Notes: generated by a model not told the origin, from the sequence alone. A DNA stretch of 64,000 nt from an uncultured Chloroflexia bacterium (GCA_963728205.1 CAVSIV010000006.1:992001-1056000), one strand, 5' to 3'. Shown: positions 53,527 through 63,943, numbered from the stretch's first letter. Numbers and translations are program-made.

Positions 53527-55059
53527 CTACGGCCAGCGGAACGTGGCGAACGCCCAGTCCATCAGGTTGCCGACGTCCGTGTAGCGCGTCTGGTCGTTCA
53601 GCACGACCGCGATCACGCGGTGGCCGTTGCGCGTCGCCGACACGGCGAGCGTCGGTCCCGCCTCGGACGTCCAGCCCGTCTTGAGACCGTCCGCCCCGGG
53701 GTACGAGCGCAGGAACTGGTTGACGTTCGACAGGTCGATCGTGCGGTTGCCCGTCGCCGCCCACGTCTTTGTGTCGACGATCGATTGGAAGAGCGGCAGC
53801 GTCATGCCGTAGCGCGCGACCATGGCGAGATCGTAGGCCGAGGAGTAGTGCGTCGGACCGCCGAGGCCATCGGGGTCGGTATACGACGTGTCGTGCAGGC
53901 CGAGTCGGTCGACGAGCGTGTTCATCTGGTGCACGAAGGCGCTCGTGGAGCCGCCGACGTACTGCGCGAGCGACAGGGCGGCGTCGTTCCCCGACGGCAG
54001 CAGCAGCCCGTAGAGCAGGTCCTTCACCTGGAAGCAGTCGCCAGGCAGCAGGCCCATGACGCTGTCGTTGTCGGCGACCAGCGGGCGGCTGTCGACGGAG
54101 TTGAGCACCCACTGACCGGTGTCCGCGCCTTCGATGGCGACGACCGCCGTCGTCATCTTCGTGAGGCTGGCCGGAGCGAGCCGCGCGTGCTCGTTCTGGC
54201 CGAAGAGCACCTCGCCCGAGGCGGCGTCGATGACGACCGCGGCCTTCGCGTTCGTCGACGGCGGCGCGGTGTTCGACTGCCGCGTCGGCGCCGTGGCGGG
54301 GGCGACGCTGAGCGGGATGCTGGCCTGCGTCGCGGCGCCGCCGCACACGACGAAGATGATCGAGTTGGGGGGGATGGTCGATGTGGGGAACTGGTCGGTC
54401 CAGCCCTTGTTCACCCACGACGGGACGTGCGTGAGGTAGCCGACGAGATTGCCGGTGCCGGTGGCCTGCGTCCAGATCGACTGCGGGCTGCAGCCCTGGG
54501 CGAGGGCGGCGGTAATCACGCCTTCCGTCGAGCCGCCGCCCCACACGGTGGCGCCGATGCCGCTCGGCGGGAGCGCGTTGCTGAAGCCGGGCCGTCGTGC
54601 GGAGAGCGCGCCGCCGGCCGTGGCACAGCCGGTCGCGGAAGGCGCCTCGTCGAGGAACTGGTCCGCGACCCACCCGACCTGGCTGCCCGCGGTGACCATC
54701 TGCCAGCGGTACCCATCGCTCACCTGCGTCGCCGGCATCACGAGCACTGAGGAGTGATCGGGGAGGCAGGTGACGACGCTCGCGGAGAGCGCGGCGCCCG
54801 AGCGCAGCCGCAGGCAGTCGCCGTCGCCGTTGACGACGGCCTGCGTGCCGGGCTTCAGCGGCTGCGTGCGGAGGTTGAGAACGCCGGTGACGACGAGCGG
54901 CGCGGGCGCCACGCCCGCGGCCGGTGCGGCGGCGGCGGGCGCCGCCGACGGCACAGCCGGATCGGTGCGGGCCGCCGCGGGCGCGACGGAGACGAGCAAC
55001 ACAGCAAGGGCGGCGAGCATGGCCGCGGGCGCGACCAGCCAGTCACGACGGAGGAACAT
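53527..55059 (-). CDS. Secreted D-alanyl-D-alanine carboxypeptidase (S11) with SH3b domain and an uncharacterised two-Cys module
   Basis: Signal peptide; CLRLR..W..GWVADQFL (SH3b); PASLTK (SxxK), SGND (SxN), GLKTGWT (KTG). Confidence 0.9.
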   Translation of the reverse strand: MFLRRDWLVAPAAMLAALAVLLVSVAPAAARTDPAVPSAAPAAAAPAAGVAPAPLVVTGVLNLRTQPLKPGTQAVVNGDGDCLRLRSGAALSASVVTCLPDHSSVLVMPATQVSDGYRWQMVTAGSQVGWVADQFLDEAPSATGCATAGGALSARRPGFSNALPPSGIGATVWGGGSTEGVITAALAQGCSPQSIWTQATGTGNLVGYLTHVPSWVNKGWTDQFPTSTIPPNSIIFVVCGGAATQASIPLSVAPATAPTRQSNTAPPSTNAKAAVVIDAASGEVLFGQNEHARLAPASLTKMTTAVVAIEGADTGQWVLNSVDSRPLVADNDSVMGLLPGDCFQVKDLLYGLLLPSGNDAALSLAQYVGGSTSAFVHQMNTLVDRLGLHDTSYTDPDGLGGPTHYSSAYDLAMVARYGMTLPLFQSIVDTKTWAATGNRTIDLSNVNQFLRSYPGADGLKTGWTSEAGPTLAVSATRNGHRVIAVVLNDQTRYTDVGNLMDWAFATFRWP

Positions 55060-55170
55060 CGCAGCATCCGAACCACCCCCGCCGCTGACGCACTGATGCT
55101 AGCGAGCGCGACTCTCGCGTTCAATGCGGGTGTCGGTAGGAGACGGGCGCTGGCAGGCGCGGCGAGAGGC

Positions 55171-55260
55171 TCAGCGCGGCCGGATCGCGGTGATGATCGC
55201 GATCCCGGCGAGGTTCGCGACGAAGAGGGTGAGCACGAGCAGCGAGCGTGTCAGCTCCAT
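55171..55260 (-). CDS. Possible 29-aa single-TM small protein
   Basis: MELTRSLLVLTLFVANLAGIAIITAIRPR; GC3-biased codons; weak RBS. Confidence 0.4.
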   Translation of the reverse strand: MELTRSLLVLTLFVANLAGIAIITAIRPR

Positions 55261-55433
55261 GCCGCCAGTGTGCCCCTTCGACGCAAGCCCGGGGATCGGG
55301 AGATCACCGATCCCCGGCCGCCACCCGCGCGCGTCACACGATGCCGGGCACCGCGCGCCGGTTGTCTCTGGCACGCGTGGGCTCGATCATCGAAGGGGCG
55401 GCGCGCGCGGCGCGCCGGGGAGGGAACGATTCC

Positions 55434-56243
55434 GTGGGGAGAAATCGACGACGCGGCAACCGCCCGCGCGGCACCGCGCCGCAGCCGACGCCCGGGGATG
55501 GCACGCACGGCAAGCCGCGCCCCGCGTGGCGGCAGACGCTCGACTCGTGGGGCGGCCTCCCGGTGGTCGGATCGCTCGCCGTGGTGATCGTCGTGGTGGG
55601 CGTGCTGATCTTCCTCAACCGACCCGGTTCGTCGGTCGACAACTCGCCGTTCACGCCCAAGCAGCGTGAGAACGTCAGCGGCACGACCTGGGGGCTCGCC
55701 AGCGCTCCGGTGAAGATCATCGAGTTCGCCGACTTCCAGTGTCCGTTCTGCCGACGCTTCACCGAGGACACCGAGCCGCAGCTCGCAGACGAGTTCATCA
55801 AGACCGGCAAGGTCCAGCTGATCTTCCACAACTACGCGTTCATCGGCTCCGAGTCGACCGTCGCAGCCGAGGCCGCGGAGTGCGCCGCCGACCAGAATCA
55901 CTTCTGGGACTATCACGACCTGCTCTACCTCCGGCAGGGACAAGAGAACTCCGGCGTCTTCTCGTCGCAGCACCTCAAGGACTTCGCGCAAACGCTCCAC
56001 GAACAGTTCCCGGACTTCGACGTGGCGAAGTTCTCGGCATGCCTGGACTCGGGGCAGAAGAAGTCGCTGGTGCAGGAAGAGTCGCAGCAGGCGCAGGCCG
56101 CCGGCGTGCAGTCCACTCCGAGCTTCCTGATCAACGGGCAGATGCTCACCGGCGCACAGGACATCTCGGTCTTCCGCCAGGCCATCAACCAGGCGCTCAC
56201 CGGCACGCCGACGCCGGTCGCGACGGCGACGCCGACCCCGTGA
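55434..56243 (+). CDS. Membrane-anchored DsbA family thiol-disulfide oxidoreductase
   Basis: TM helix, EFADFQCPFC, GVQSTPSFLING; GGGAGG RBS. Confidence 0.92.
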   Translation: MGRNRRRGNRPRGTAPQPTPGDGTHGKPRPAWRQTLDSWGGLPVVGSLAVVIVVVGVLIFLNRPGSSVDNSPFTPKQRENVSGTTWGLASAPVKIIEFADFQCPFCRRFTEDTEPQLADEFIKTGKVQLIFHNYAFIGSESTVAAEAAECAADQNHFWDYHDLLYLRQGQENSGVFSSQHLKDFAQTLHEQFPDFDVAKFSACLDSGQKKSLVQEESQQAQAAGVQSTPSFLINGQMLTGAQDISVFRQAINQALTGTPTPVATATPTP

Positions 56244-56283
56244 CGCGGATGAGCGAGCGGCCGCGTCCCGGGCGGGTGCGCGC

Positions 56284-56733
56284 GTGAACCATCGCCGGCT
56301 CACCGTGCTACTCGTCCTCTGCGCGGTCGGGGTCGGGATCGGCGCATACCTGTCGTTCGTGGCGCTCGACAAGCAGGTCGAGGCGTTCTGCCCGAACGTT
56401 GGGAACTGCCACACGGTGCAGAACTCGCAGTACGCGAAGGTGGGGGGCGTCCCCGTCGCGCTGCTCGGGCTCGGGATGTACCTGCTGCTGTTCGCGATGA
56501 CGGTGGTGCGCCGCTTCGAGGACCGGCTGCTCGGGCGCGATGCACCCCCGATCCTGGGGCAGTGGACGTTCGCGCTGGCCTTCGCCGGGACGCTCTACTC
56601 CGGTTACCTCACGTACCTCGAGCTGTATGTGATCCACGCGATTTGCGTGTGGTGCGTCGCGTCCGCCACGGTGGTGACGTTGATCGCGCTGACCGCGCTC
56701 CCGGACCTGCGCGCGCGCAACCTCGCTGCCTGA
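56284..56733 (+). CDS. Vitamin K epoxide reductase (VKOR) family protein
   Basis: FC-x5-C..VQNSQYA..GVPVALLG, YLTYLE..ICVWC. Confidence 0.92.
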   Translation: MNHRRLTVLLVLCAVGVGIGAYLSFVALDKQVEAFCPNVGNCHTVQNSQYAKVGGVPVALLGLGMYLLLFAMTVVRRFEDRLLGRDAPPILGQWTFALAFAGTLYSGYLTYLELYVIHAICVWCVASATVVTLIALTALPDLRARNLAA

Positions 56734-56795
56734 CGCGCTGGCCCCGTCGCTCGCCCTTTCGTATGATGCCGACCCAGCGCACAGGAGGACGGCAG

Positions 56796-57137
56796 ATGGT
56801 ACAGGCCAGCCCCAGCCGGTTCGTCGTGGACCCGGAGACGCGCGCGACCAGCGCCGACTTCGAGGACTTCGAGATTCTCGAGACCGGTGACGTCGACGTC
56901 TTCGTGCTCGACCTCAACGAGCTCGAGGGAGAGCCGCCGTTCTACATCGTGGTCGGCGAGCGGCGGTTCGCGCTCAACCGCGACACCTTCCAGGTGCGCG
57001 GGCACGGTGCGCAGCTCCCGAGCTGGGTGCAGGAGCAGGAGGCGGAGGGACGCATCGTGCTCCTCGCCGAGCGCGACGAACGGTACCTGACCTACGTCTA
57101 CGATCCCGCGGCCGCGGCCGAGGAGGACGAGGAGTAG
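56796..57137 (+). CDS. Acidic hypothetical protein
   Basis: AGGAGG RBS, GC3 bias. Confidence 0.75.
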   Translation: MVQASPSRFVVDPETRATSADFEDFEILETGDVDVFVLDLNELEGEPPFYIVVGERRFALNRDTFQVRGHGAQLPSWVQEQEAEGRIVLLAERDERYLTYVYDPAAAAEEDEE

Positions 57138-57294
57138 CCTCCTCGCCCATTGCGCGGACCGAGCGACCGACCCGGCCATGCGCCGGGTCGTTTCGCGTCC
57201 AGGCGGGTGCCGCCCGCGCAGGCCCACGTCGCTGCCCGAATCGTGTATGACAGGACCGCCGGCCGGGCCGGCGCACGACGAGGGGAGGCCCGCC

Positions 57295-57987
57295 ATGGCC
57301 GTCGTCACGTTGACGGGGCACCTCGGCTCGATGGGCACGATCGCCGTCCGCGTTGCGCGCGAGCTCGACTATGCCCTCGCGGACCGCGAGCTGCTGACCG
57401 AGGCCGCCGCCGCGCTCGGCTGGCCGGAGGACGACGTCGCGGCGTTCGATGAGCGCACGAGCGGACTCGGCGGGCGGCTCACGCGCATGCTGCGCACCTT
57501 CATCGAGCGCGCCGGCATGGCGAGCGTCGACCCGATGATGTCGGCGGGCGACCTCGAGTCGGTGCTCGGACGCACGTACGGCGAGACCGCCGTCCCGGAC
57601 ATGCGGCCCGACGACCGCCGCTACATCGAGACGCTCACGTCGCTGATCGGCGAGCTCGCGAACCGCGGCTCCGTGGTCATCGTCGGCCGCGGCGCACAGG
57701 CGCTGCTCGCCGACCGCACCGACACCCTTCACGTGCGCATCGCCTGCGATCAGGACGAGCGCATCAAGCGCATCGCCGAACGCGACGCCATGACGCCCGA
57801 AGCCGCGGCGGCACGCGTGCGCGAGTCGGACGCGCAGCGCGAGGCCTGGCACCAGAAATACTTCGGCATCGACTACCGGTCACCGTACCTCTACCACCTG
57901 GTCGTGAACTCGGGGAAGCTCAGCGACGCGATCGCCGCCGACCTCGTGGCGTCGCTGGCTCGCAAGAAATCGCCGCGGCCCGGGTAG
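57295..57987 (+). CDS. Cytidylate kinase-like family protein
   Basis: VTLTGHLGSMG, VIVGRGA, LHVRI, YHLVVNS. Confidence 0.88.
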   Translation: MAVVTLTGHLGSMGTIAVRVARELDYALADRELLTEAAAALGWPEDDVAAFDERTSGLGGRLTRMLRTFIERAGMASVDPMMSAGDLESVLGRTYGETAVPDMRPDDRRYIETLTSLIGELANRGSVVIVGRGAQALLADRTDTLHVRIACDQDERIKRIAERDAMTPEAAAARVRESDAQREAWHQKYFGIDYRSPYLYHLVVNSGKLSDAIAADLVASLARKKSPRPG

Positions 57988-58050
57988 GCGGCCGCCGGCG
58001 CGCGGCGCCGCGCCGCAGGTTCGACCACGCGTTGATCACATGAGGTGCGC

Positions 58051-59292
58051 ATGACGGCCGGCGCCGAGCCCGGGCCCGCGGGGAGTGTGCTCTCGAGCGT
58101 GAGCGCCGAGCGGCTCTTCGTGCCGTCCTACGTGCTCGCGATCGTCGCCATCCACTGCTACTTCATCTCCTACCAGATGTCGCTGGTGGAGATCCCGAAG
58201 TCGCTCGGCGGGCAGCCGGACTGGGTCGTCGGCGTGGTCGTCGGCGCGCTGGGGTTCGCCGGCATGCTCTCGCGACCGCTCGTCGGCGTGTGGGTCGACG
58301 CCGGGAACCGTCAGCGCTGGCTGCGCCTCGGCGCCGTTGCGACGGTCGTCGCGTTCGCCGGCTACACGCTCGATCTCGGCCCCTGGCTCACGCTGCCGTT
58401 CCGCGCGCTGCACGGCGTCGCGATGGGCCTGTTCACGACCGCGCTCCTCGCGATCGTGACCGGCGGCCTGCCGGCCGCGCGGCGCGGGCTCGGCATTGGC
58501 CTCTACCAGTCGTCGAACACGGTGGCCGCGCTCTACGCCGCTCCGGTCGCGATCCTGCTGATCGACCGCGTGTCCTTCGGCGCCGCCTTCCTGGTCTCGG
58601 CCGCGACGGCGGCCCTCGCGCTGCTCGTCGGCTCGCTGGTGCGCGACACGCACGGTGGGGCGGCACCCGGCGCGCCGCGCATCCCGTTCCGGCAGCGCCG
58701 CTGGATCTCGCGGACGGCGCTGCTGCCGGCCGCGGTGTTCTTCACCCTCACGGCGCCGTTCGGGGCGGTCGCCGCGTTCCTGCCTCTGTTCGCCGACGAG
58801 CGTGCGCTCGGCAACGTCGGCTTCTTCTACACCGCGCTCGCGATCGCGCAGCTCGTCGCTCGGTCGTCCTCGGGCTGGCTGTCCGACCGCTTCGGCCGCG
58901 CGCGCGTCGTGGTGCCGTCGCTCGCGGTCGGTGCACTCGGGCTCGCGCTGCTCGCCGGCGCGCGGAGCGAGTCCACGATGCTGCTGGCGGCGACGCTCTA
59001 CGGGCTCGGGATCGCGGGCACGCAGACGAACATCGTCGCGCTGATCGTGGACCGCACGCCGCGCGAAGCACTGGGCTCCGCGATGGCCACCTACACGATG
59101 GCGTGGGACGTTGGCGGCGTGGTGGGCAGCGTGCTGCTCGGGTTCGTGGCGGGCGTCACCTCGTACGGCACGGTGTTCGCGCTGTGCACGATCATGCCGG
59201 CGGCCGGCGTCGCGCTGTTCCTCGCGCGGCTGCGCCGCGAGACGCCGTCCGGCGGCCTCGCAGCGGTGCCGGCGGAGCCGGGGCCGCGCTGA
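58051..59292 (+). CDS. MFS transporter
   Basis: About 12 TM helices, RPLVGVWVD, GWLSDRFGR. Confidence 0.9.
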   Translation: MTAGAEPGPAGSVLSSVSAERLFVPSYVLAIVAIHCYFISYQMSLVEIPKSLGGQPDWVVGVVVGALGFAGMLSRPLVGVWVDAGNRQRWLRLGAVATVVAFAGYTLDLGPWLTLPFRALHGVAMGLFTTALLAIVTGGLPAARRGLGIGLYQSSNTVAALYAAPVAILLIDRVSFGAAFLVSAATAALALLVGSLVRDTHGGAAPGAPRIPFRQRRWISRTALLPAAVFFTLTAPFGAVAAFLPLFADERALGNVGFFYTALAIAQLVARSSSGWLSDRFGRARVVVPSLAVGALGLALLAGARSESTMLLAATLYGLGIAGTQTNIVALIVDRTPREALGSAMATYTMAWDVGGVVGSVLLGFVAGVTSYGTVFALCTIMPAAGVALFLARLRRETPSGGLAAVPAEPGPR

Positions 59293-59331
59293 CGCCGCGC
59301 GCTGCCCTCGGCCGGCGGCGCCGCGCGCGGC

Positions 59332-60138
59332 CTAGGGGTGCTGGATGTCGATCACGAGCCGCGCCGGCGAGCTGAGCTCGTAGACCCGGAACGGCTGCCG
59401 CGACGCCACGCCGAGTCCCCAGTTCGCCACGGCCTCGAAGCCGCACGTCTCGCGCGCCTCCTTCAGCTCGGGATACGAGAAGTGGAGGTCCTTCGACGGG
59501 ATCGTCAGGTCGCCGGTGTTCGGGTCGTAGATGTACGTGTGCGGCAGGTGGACCTGCAGGATCGCCTGCCCGTCGAGCGTCACCGGCTGGCCGGACGCGC
59601 ACTGGTTGAGCCCCTGCGTCAGATACGAGATGTCGTACTCGGGCACGGTGTCGCCCTGGAACTCGAAGACGACGCGGTCGTAGCCGTCGTGGGTCGCAAC
59701 GCGCGTGTCGACCTGTGTGCCGGTCACGGTCTGACCGCCCGAGGCCGAGAAGAGGTTGAACGCCCCGCTGGCGGCGCCCTGGCAGCGCACGTAGAACGGC
59801 GCCACCGCGCCGAGCTGCGCCGGGAACGCGTCGTTCGCGAACGCGGGCGCGCCGTTGACCCACGTCACCCACTCGCCCGCCTCGATCACGGCGAGGGTCT
59901 GCACGGTGCAGCCGGCGCCGGCCAGCCCCTGCGCGAGGTCCACCGGAGCGATCGCGCGTGATGTGACGAGCAGCGCCTGCCCGCCGGCACCGGGCGCGGT
60001 TCCGGCGAATCCATCGTCCTGCGCACGCGCGGCGCCGGGCGAGACCACGGCCAGCACGAGAGCCATCACGACCACCGCGACAAGCATGCCGGCGCCCGGG
60101 ATGCGCGCGCGCGTCTTCTGCGTCGATGTGTGCTGCAT
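59332..60138 (-). CDS. Secreted protein: two-Cys module plus C-terminal AMIN-like domain
   Basis: Signal peptide (..ARA/QDD); RVATHDGYDRVVFEF..FE..WGLGV..PFRV..L..PARLVIDIQH. Confidence 0.8.
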   Translation of the reverse strand: MQHTSTQKTRARIPGAGMLVAVVVMALVLAVVSPGAARAQDDGFAGTAPGAGGQALLVTSRAIAPVDLAQGLAGAGCTVQTLAVIEAGEWVTWVNGAPAFANDAFPAQLGAVAPFYVRCQGAASGAFNLFSASGGQTVTGTQVDTRVATHDGYDRVVFEFQGDTVPEYDISYLTQGLNQCASGQPVTLDGQAILQVHLPHTYIYDPNTGDLTIPSKDLHFSYPELKEARETCGFEAVANWGLGVASRQPFRVYELSSPARLVIDIQHP

Positions 60139-60277
60139 CTACCCCCCTGAGCGAGCGCGGGATCGCGCGCCTGTGAGCGTTCCGCGGAGCGCGCCCATCG
60201 CACGGCCGCTCCACCCCTCTCGTTCCACCCTAGGGGATGTCGCAAAGCATCGCCGGCTGCGGGGCCGCTCGCTCGGC

Positions 60278-60913
60278 CTAGGCGGCATCGGCCGCGACCC
60301 ACAGCTCGGGGAAGCGCGCACGGTGCCGCTCGCGCAGGAGGTCGAGCTGGCGCAGGTAGGGGGTGTCGAGCTCGGGCGTGAGCATGACGAGCGCATCCTC
60401 GCCGTCGTCCTGGTAGTAGCCGTGCAGCCGCCCGGCAACGCTGAACCCGTAGCGTTCGTAGAGACCGCGGGCACGGTCGTTGGAGACCCGGACCTCGAGC
60501 GCGAGCGTCCGCAGCTCCGCGTCGATGGCGCGTGCGAAGCACTCGAGCAGTAGCCGCGCGCCGATCCCCTGCCCCTGGCGTCGGGGGTCGACGGCGATCG
60601 TCACGATGTGCAGCTGATCGCCCATGTACCAGACGCCGGCGAAGCCGGCGAGGGCCGGCGCCGGCCGTGCGCCGGAGAGCAGCGCCACGACCCGCGACGC
60701 GCCGCGTCGCGGGCGCGCTGCGCCTTCCGCGGCAGCCACCTCCGCGACGAAGTAGTGCGCGAACGCGTTGCGGAGCTCCTGCTCGAAGACGCGGCGCGAC
60801 CACGCGTCCGTGTACGCAATGCGCTCGATGCGCCGCACCGCGCGGAGGTCGCCCTCCGTCATGTCGCGAACGGCGACGTGCCCGCGCGATGGTTCGTTCG
60901 CCGTCGACGTCAT
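60278..60913 (-). CDS. rimI: Ribosomal protein S18 alanine N-acetyltransferase
   Basis: IER..DAWS, HIVTIAV..QGQGIG, LEVRVSN..LYERYGF..YYQD..EDALVM. Confidence 0.9.
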   Translation of the reverse strand: MTSTANEPSRGHVAVRDMTEGDLRAVRRIERIAYTDAWSRRVFEQELRNAFAHYFVAEVAAAEGAARPRRGASRVVALLSGARPAPALAGFAGVWYMGDQLHIVTIAVDPRRQGQGIGARLLLECFARAIDAELRTLALEVRVSNDRARGLYERYGFSVAGRLHGYYQDDGEDALVMLTPELDTPYLRQLDLLRERHRARFPELWVAADAA

Positions 60914-60949
60914 CACGTCATGGCCGCGGGCCGGCGGGCTCCGCGCGCC

Positions 60950-61366
60950 TCAGTGCGTGGCGGCAGGGCAGGTGAGGCGCACCCGCGTCCGCACCTTGTC
61001 CCCGAGCGTGTTGCACAGCGGACACGTGCACGACGCGACCTCGATCGCCTCGTGGTGCGCGAGCAGCGCCGGGTCCGTCACCTCGAGGTCGATCGTCACA
61101 TCGATGTGATCGACCCGCGTCGGGTTCTGCGCCATCTCTGCCTGCAGTTCCGCGCTCGCGCGCGTTACCTCGGCGTCGACCAGCAGCTCGTGGTTGAGGA
61201 GCGCGCCGAGCGTGCAGTTGCCGAGCGCGATCAGCAGCAGTTCCGTCGACGTGTAGCCGACGGGCCCGTTGTCGGCGGCCGCCTCTCGGATGTTCGTGAA
61301 GTGGCGCCCGCGCGCCTCGAAGACGATCCGCTTCCGCTCCCGGTAGTCCGCTCGCACCGTAGCCAC
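60950..61366 (-). CDS. OsmC family protein
   Basis: ELLLIALGNC and CPLCNTL. Confidence 0.82.
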   Translation of the reverse strand: MATVRADYRERKRIVFEARGRHFTNIREAAADNGPVGYTSTELLLIALGNCTLGALLNHELLVDAEVTRASAELQAEMAQNPTRVDHIDVTIDLEVTDPALLAHHEAIEVASCTCPLCNTLGDKVRTRVRLTCPAATH

Positions 61367-61399
61367 GTTGCCGGCCCTTCCCTGCGTGTGCTTCGTTCG

Positions 61400-62341
61400 T
61401 TACGCCGCAACGCCCGTGAGGAAACGCCGCGGCACCTCCCTGGTCATCAGCTCGATCGCCTCCTCGGGGACGCCGTCCGCGCGCAGCGCGGGGATCGCGA
61501 CGGAAGAGACGAAGAGATAGCGCGTCGGCTCCGTGCTCGCGGGCGGCGGGGCGGCGCCGGCGAGCACGGCGCGCGGCGCGTAGTCGTGCCCGAGCATCAG
61601 CCGCCCGGCCCAGCCACGGTCGACGAGCGCCTTCACCGTCGCGTTGCGCGCGCGCCAGTCGGGCCGGCCGGCGCTGCCGGGATAGCGGTCCATCGACAGG
61701 TACACGCCGGCGTTCAGCAGGTCCTCGAGGTAGCCGACGTCGGTGCTGTCGGCGCTGTGGCCGATGCACACGCGGTCCATCTGCGCGCCCTCTTCGCGCA
61801 GCACCTCGACCTGGCGGCGTCCCACCTCGGCCGGCGCCCAGTGGTGCGTGCTGATCGGGCAGCCGGTCCGCTTGCTGGCCCGCGCCGCTGCACGCAGGAG
61901 CAGCTCCGCGTCGGGCGTGACACCCTCCGCGTCGCTCGCCACCTTGATCGCGCCTGCCCGGATGTCCGTGTCGTCGATGCCGACCTCGATCTCGCGCACG
62001 AAGATCTCCGCGCTCTCGTCGGGGTCGCGCCCCCAGAACGAGTGCGGCGGGTTGCGCCAGATCCCGGTCGCGACCACGACGTTCATCCCCGACTCGCGCG
62101 CGACGGCCGCGATCGCCTTCACGTCGCGCCCGAGGTCCGGCGTCGTCAGGTCGATGATGCTGTCGACGCCGCCTTGCTTCGCCTCCAGCAGCTCGCGCAC
62201 CGCGCGGCGGTGGGTCGCGGCGAGGTCGTAGCGCCACGGGTAGATGCGCGCGTCGACGCCGACGAGCACGTGCTCGTGGCTGAGGACGAAGCCGAGCGCG
62301 GCGTCGTCGACAGGACCCAGGACCGTCTGCACGGCGGGCAT
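61400..62341 (-). CDS. Phosphotriesterase-related amidohydrolase
   Basis: VQTVLGP, SHEH, DLGRD, AIKVA, STH, IGH, LGHD. Confidence 0.93.
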   Translation of the reverse strand: MPAVQTVLGPVDDAALGFVLSHEHVLVGVDARIYPWRYDLAATHRRAVRELLEAKQGGVDSIIDLTTPDLGRDVKAIAAVARESGMNVVVATGIWRNPPHSFWGRDPDESAEIFVREIEVGIDDTDIRAGAIKVASDAEGVTPDAELLLRAAARASKRTGCPISTHHWAPAEVGRRQVEVLREEGAQMDRVCIGHSADSTDVGYLEDLLNAGVYLSMDRYPGSAGRPDWRARNATVKALVDRGWAGRLMLGHDYAPRAVLAGAAPPPASTEPTRYLFVSSVAIPALRADGVPEEAIELMTREVPRRFLTGVAA

Positions 62342-62453
62342 TGACCGGCTCCTCCCCGACCGTCGAGGCAGCAGGGTACACCCGGATGCCGGGGGCGCGG
62401 ACCCTCCGCGCGCCCAACCTCGCCGCCCGAACACCAGTTCTGTATAGTGGCGC

Positions 62454-63521
62454 GTGCAGGAGGACCGTAGGCGCATGGTCGAACGCGCGGGCCCGCTCAC
62501 ACCGTCGATGACGGACGACGACGCCGGGGCGGAGTCGACGCTCCGCCCGCGGCGGCTCGAGCAGTACTTCGGTCAGGAGCGCGTGAAGGAGAGCCTGCGC
62601 ATCGCCATCGAGGCGGCGCGCCGGCGCGAGGAGCCGCTCGACCACCTGCTGTTCCACGGACCGCCGGGCCTCGGCAAGACGACGCTCGCCATGATCATGG
62701 CCGCCGAGATGGGCGTCTCCATCCGTATCACCTCGGGTCCCGCGATCGAGCGCGCCGGCGAGCTGGCGTCGCTGCTCACGAGCCTCCAGCCCGGCGACAT
62801 CCTCTTCATCGACGAGATCCATCGCCTCTCGATCGCGGTCGAGGAGGTGCTCTACCCGGCGATGGAGGACTTCTCCGTCGACATCATCCTGGGCAAGGGA
62901 CCGAAGGCGCGCGACGTGCGCCTCAAGCTCAACCGCTTCACGCTCGTCGGGGCGACCACACGCTTCGCGCTCGTCTCGCAGCCGCTACGCGACCGCTTCG
63001 GCGCCGCGTACCGGCTGGAGTTCTACGACGAAGCGGCACTGTCGCGCATCGTGCGCCGCAGCGCCGGCGTGCTCGACTGTCAGATCGACGAGGGTGGCGT
63101 CGCGGAGATCGCCCGCCGCTCTCGCGGGACGGCGCGCGTCGCGAACCGGCTGTTGCGCCGCGTGCGCGACTACGCGGAGGTGCGGGCGGACGGCGTGATC
63201 ACGAGCGAGGTCGCGTCGGCGGCGCTGGAGCAGCTGCAGATCGACGCGCTCGGCCTGGACCAGATGGACCGCGAGCTGATGACCGCGCTCGCGGAGCGCT
63301 TCGGCGGCGGCCCGGCCGGCCTGGAGACGCTCGCCGCGGCGATCTCCGAGGAGGCCGACACGATCATGGACGTGTACGAGCCGTACCTGCTGAAGCTCGG
63401 CTTCCTGCAGCGCACGCCCCGCGGGCGGGTGCTGGCGCGCCCCGGGTACGAGCATCTCGGGCTCGACCCGTCGTCGGGCGCCGCCGCGCAGGCATCGCTG
63501 TTCGACGACTCCGAGGCCTAG
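62454..63521 (+). CDS. ruvB: Holliday junction branch migration helicase RuvB (alternative start at 62475)
   Basis: [44 protein letters not shown]. Confidence 0.97.
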   Translation: MQEDRRRMVERAGPLTPSMTDDDAGAESTLRPRRLEQYFGQERVKESLRIAIEAARRREEPLDHLLFHGPPGLGKTTLAMIMAAEMGVSIRITSGPAIERAGELASLLTSLQPGDILFIDEIHRLSIAVEEVLYPAMEDFSVDIILGKGPKARDVRLKLNRFTLVGATTRFALVSQPLRDRFGAAYRLEFYDEAALSRIVRRSAGVLDCQIDEGGVAEIARRSRGTARVANRLLRRVRDYAEVRADGVITSEVASAALEQLQIDALGLDQMDRELMTALAERFGGGPAGLETLAAAISEEADTIMDVYEPYLLKLGFLQRTPRGRVLARPGYEHLGLDPSSGAAAQASLFDDSEA

Positions 63522-63943
63522 GCGCTGCGCCGGATGATCGTGTAGGTCGCGCGGCCGACCGCGACGACCGCGTCGGCCTCGTCGCGCACCTCCACCCCGA
63601 CGAACACGAGCGAGCGGCTCGCCCGCAGCGCGCGGCCCTCGGCGACCACGGCGCTCGTGGCGGCGTTGAGGAACGTGACGTTGAGGTCGGTCGTGGCCTG
63701 GCCGGCCCACGTGTCGTCGCCGTCGCGTCGCGTGGTGGCGGTGACCGCGCCGGCCGCCGCGTCGATCAGCGACGCGATCGCGCCGCCGTGCATCACCTCG
63801 GCGCGTCGCGTGCCGAGCGCGGGCTGCATCGCCAGGCGCAGCCGAACGTGGCCGGGCTCCGCGTCGAGCACCTCGATGCCGAGCGTGCGCCAGTAGGCGA
63901 TCTCGTCGGCGGCGATCAGCGAGCGCAGGCGATCGTCAGTCAC
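63518..63943 (-). CDS. PaaI family thioesterase
   Basis: [22 protein letters not shown]. Confidence 0.9.
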   Translation of the reverse strand: MTDDRLRSLIAADEIAYWRTLGIEVLDAEPGHVRLRLAMQPALGTRRAEVMHGGAIASLIDAAAGAVTATTRRDGDDTWAGQATTDLNVTFLNAATSAVVAEGRALRASRSLVFVGVEVRDEADAVVAVGRATYTIIRRSA

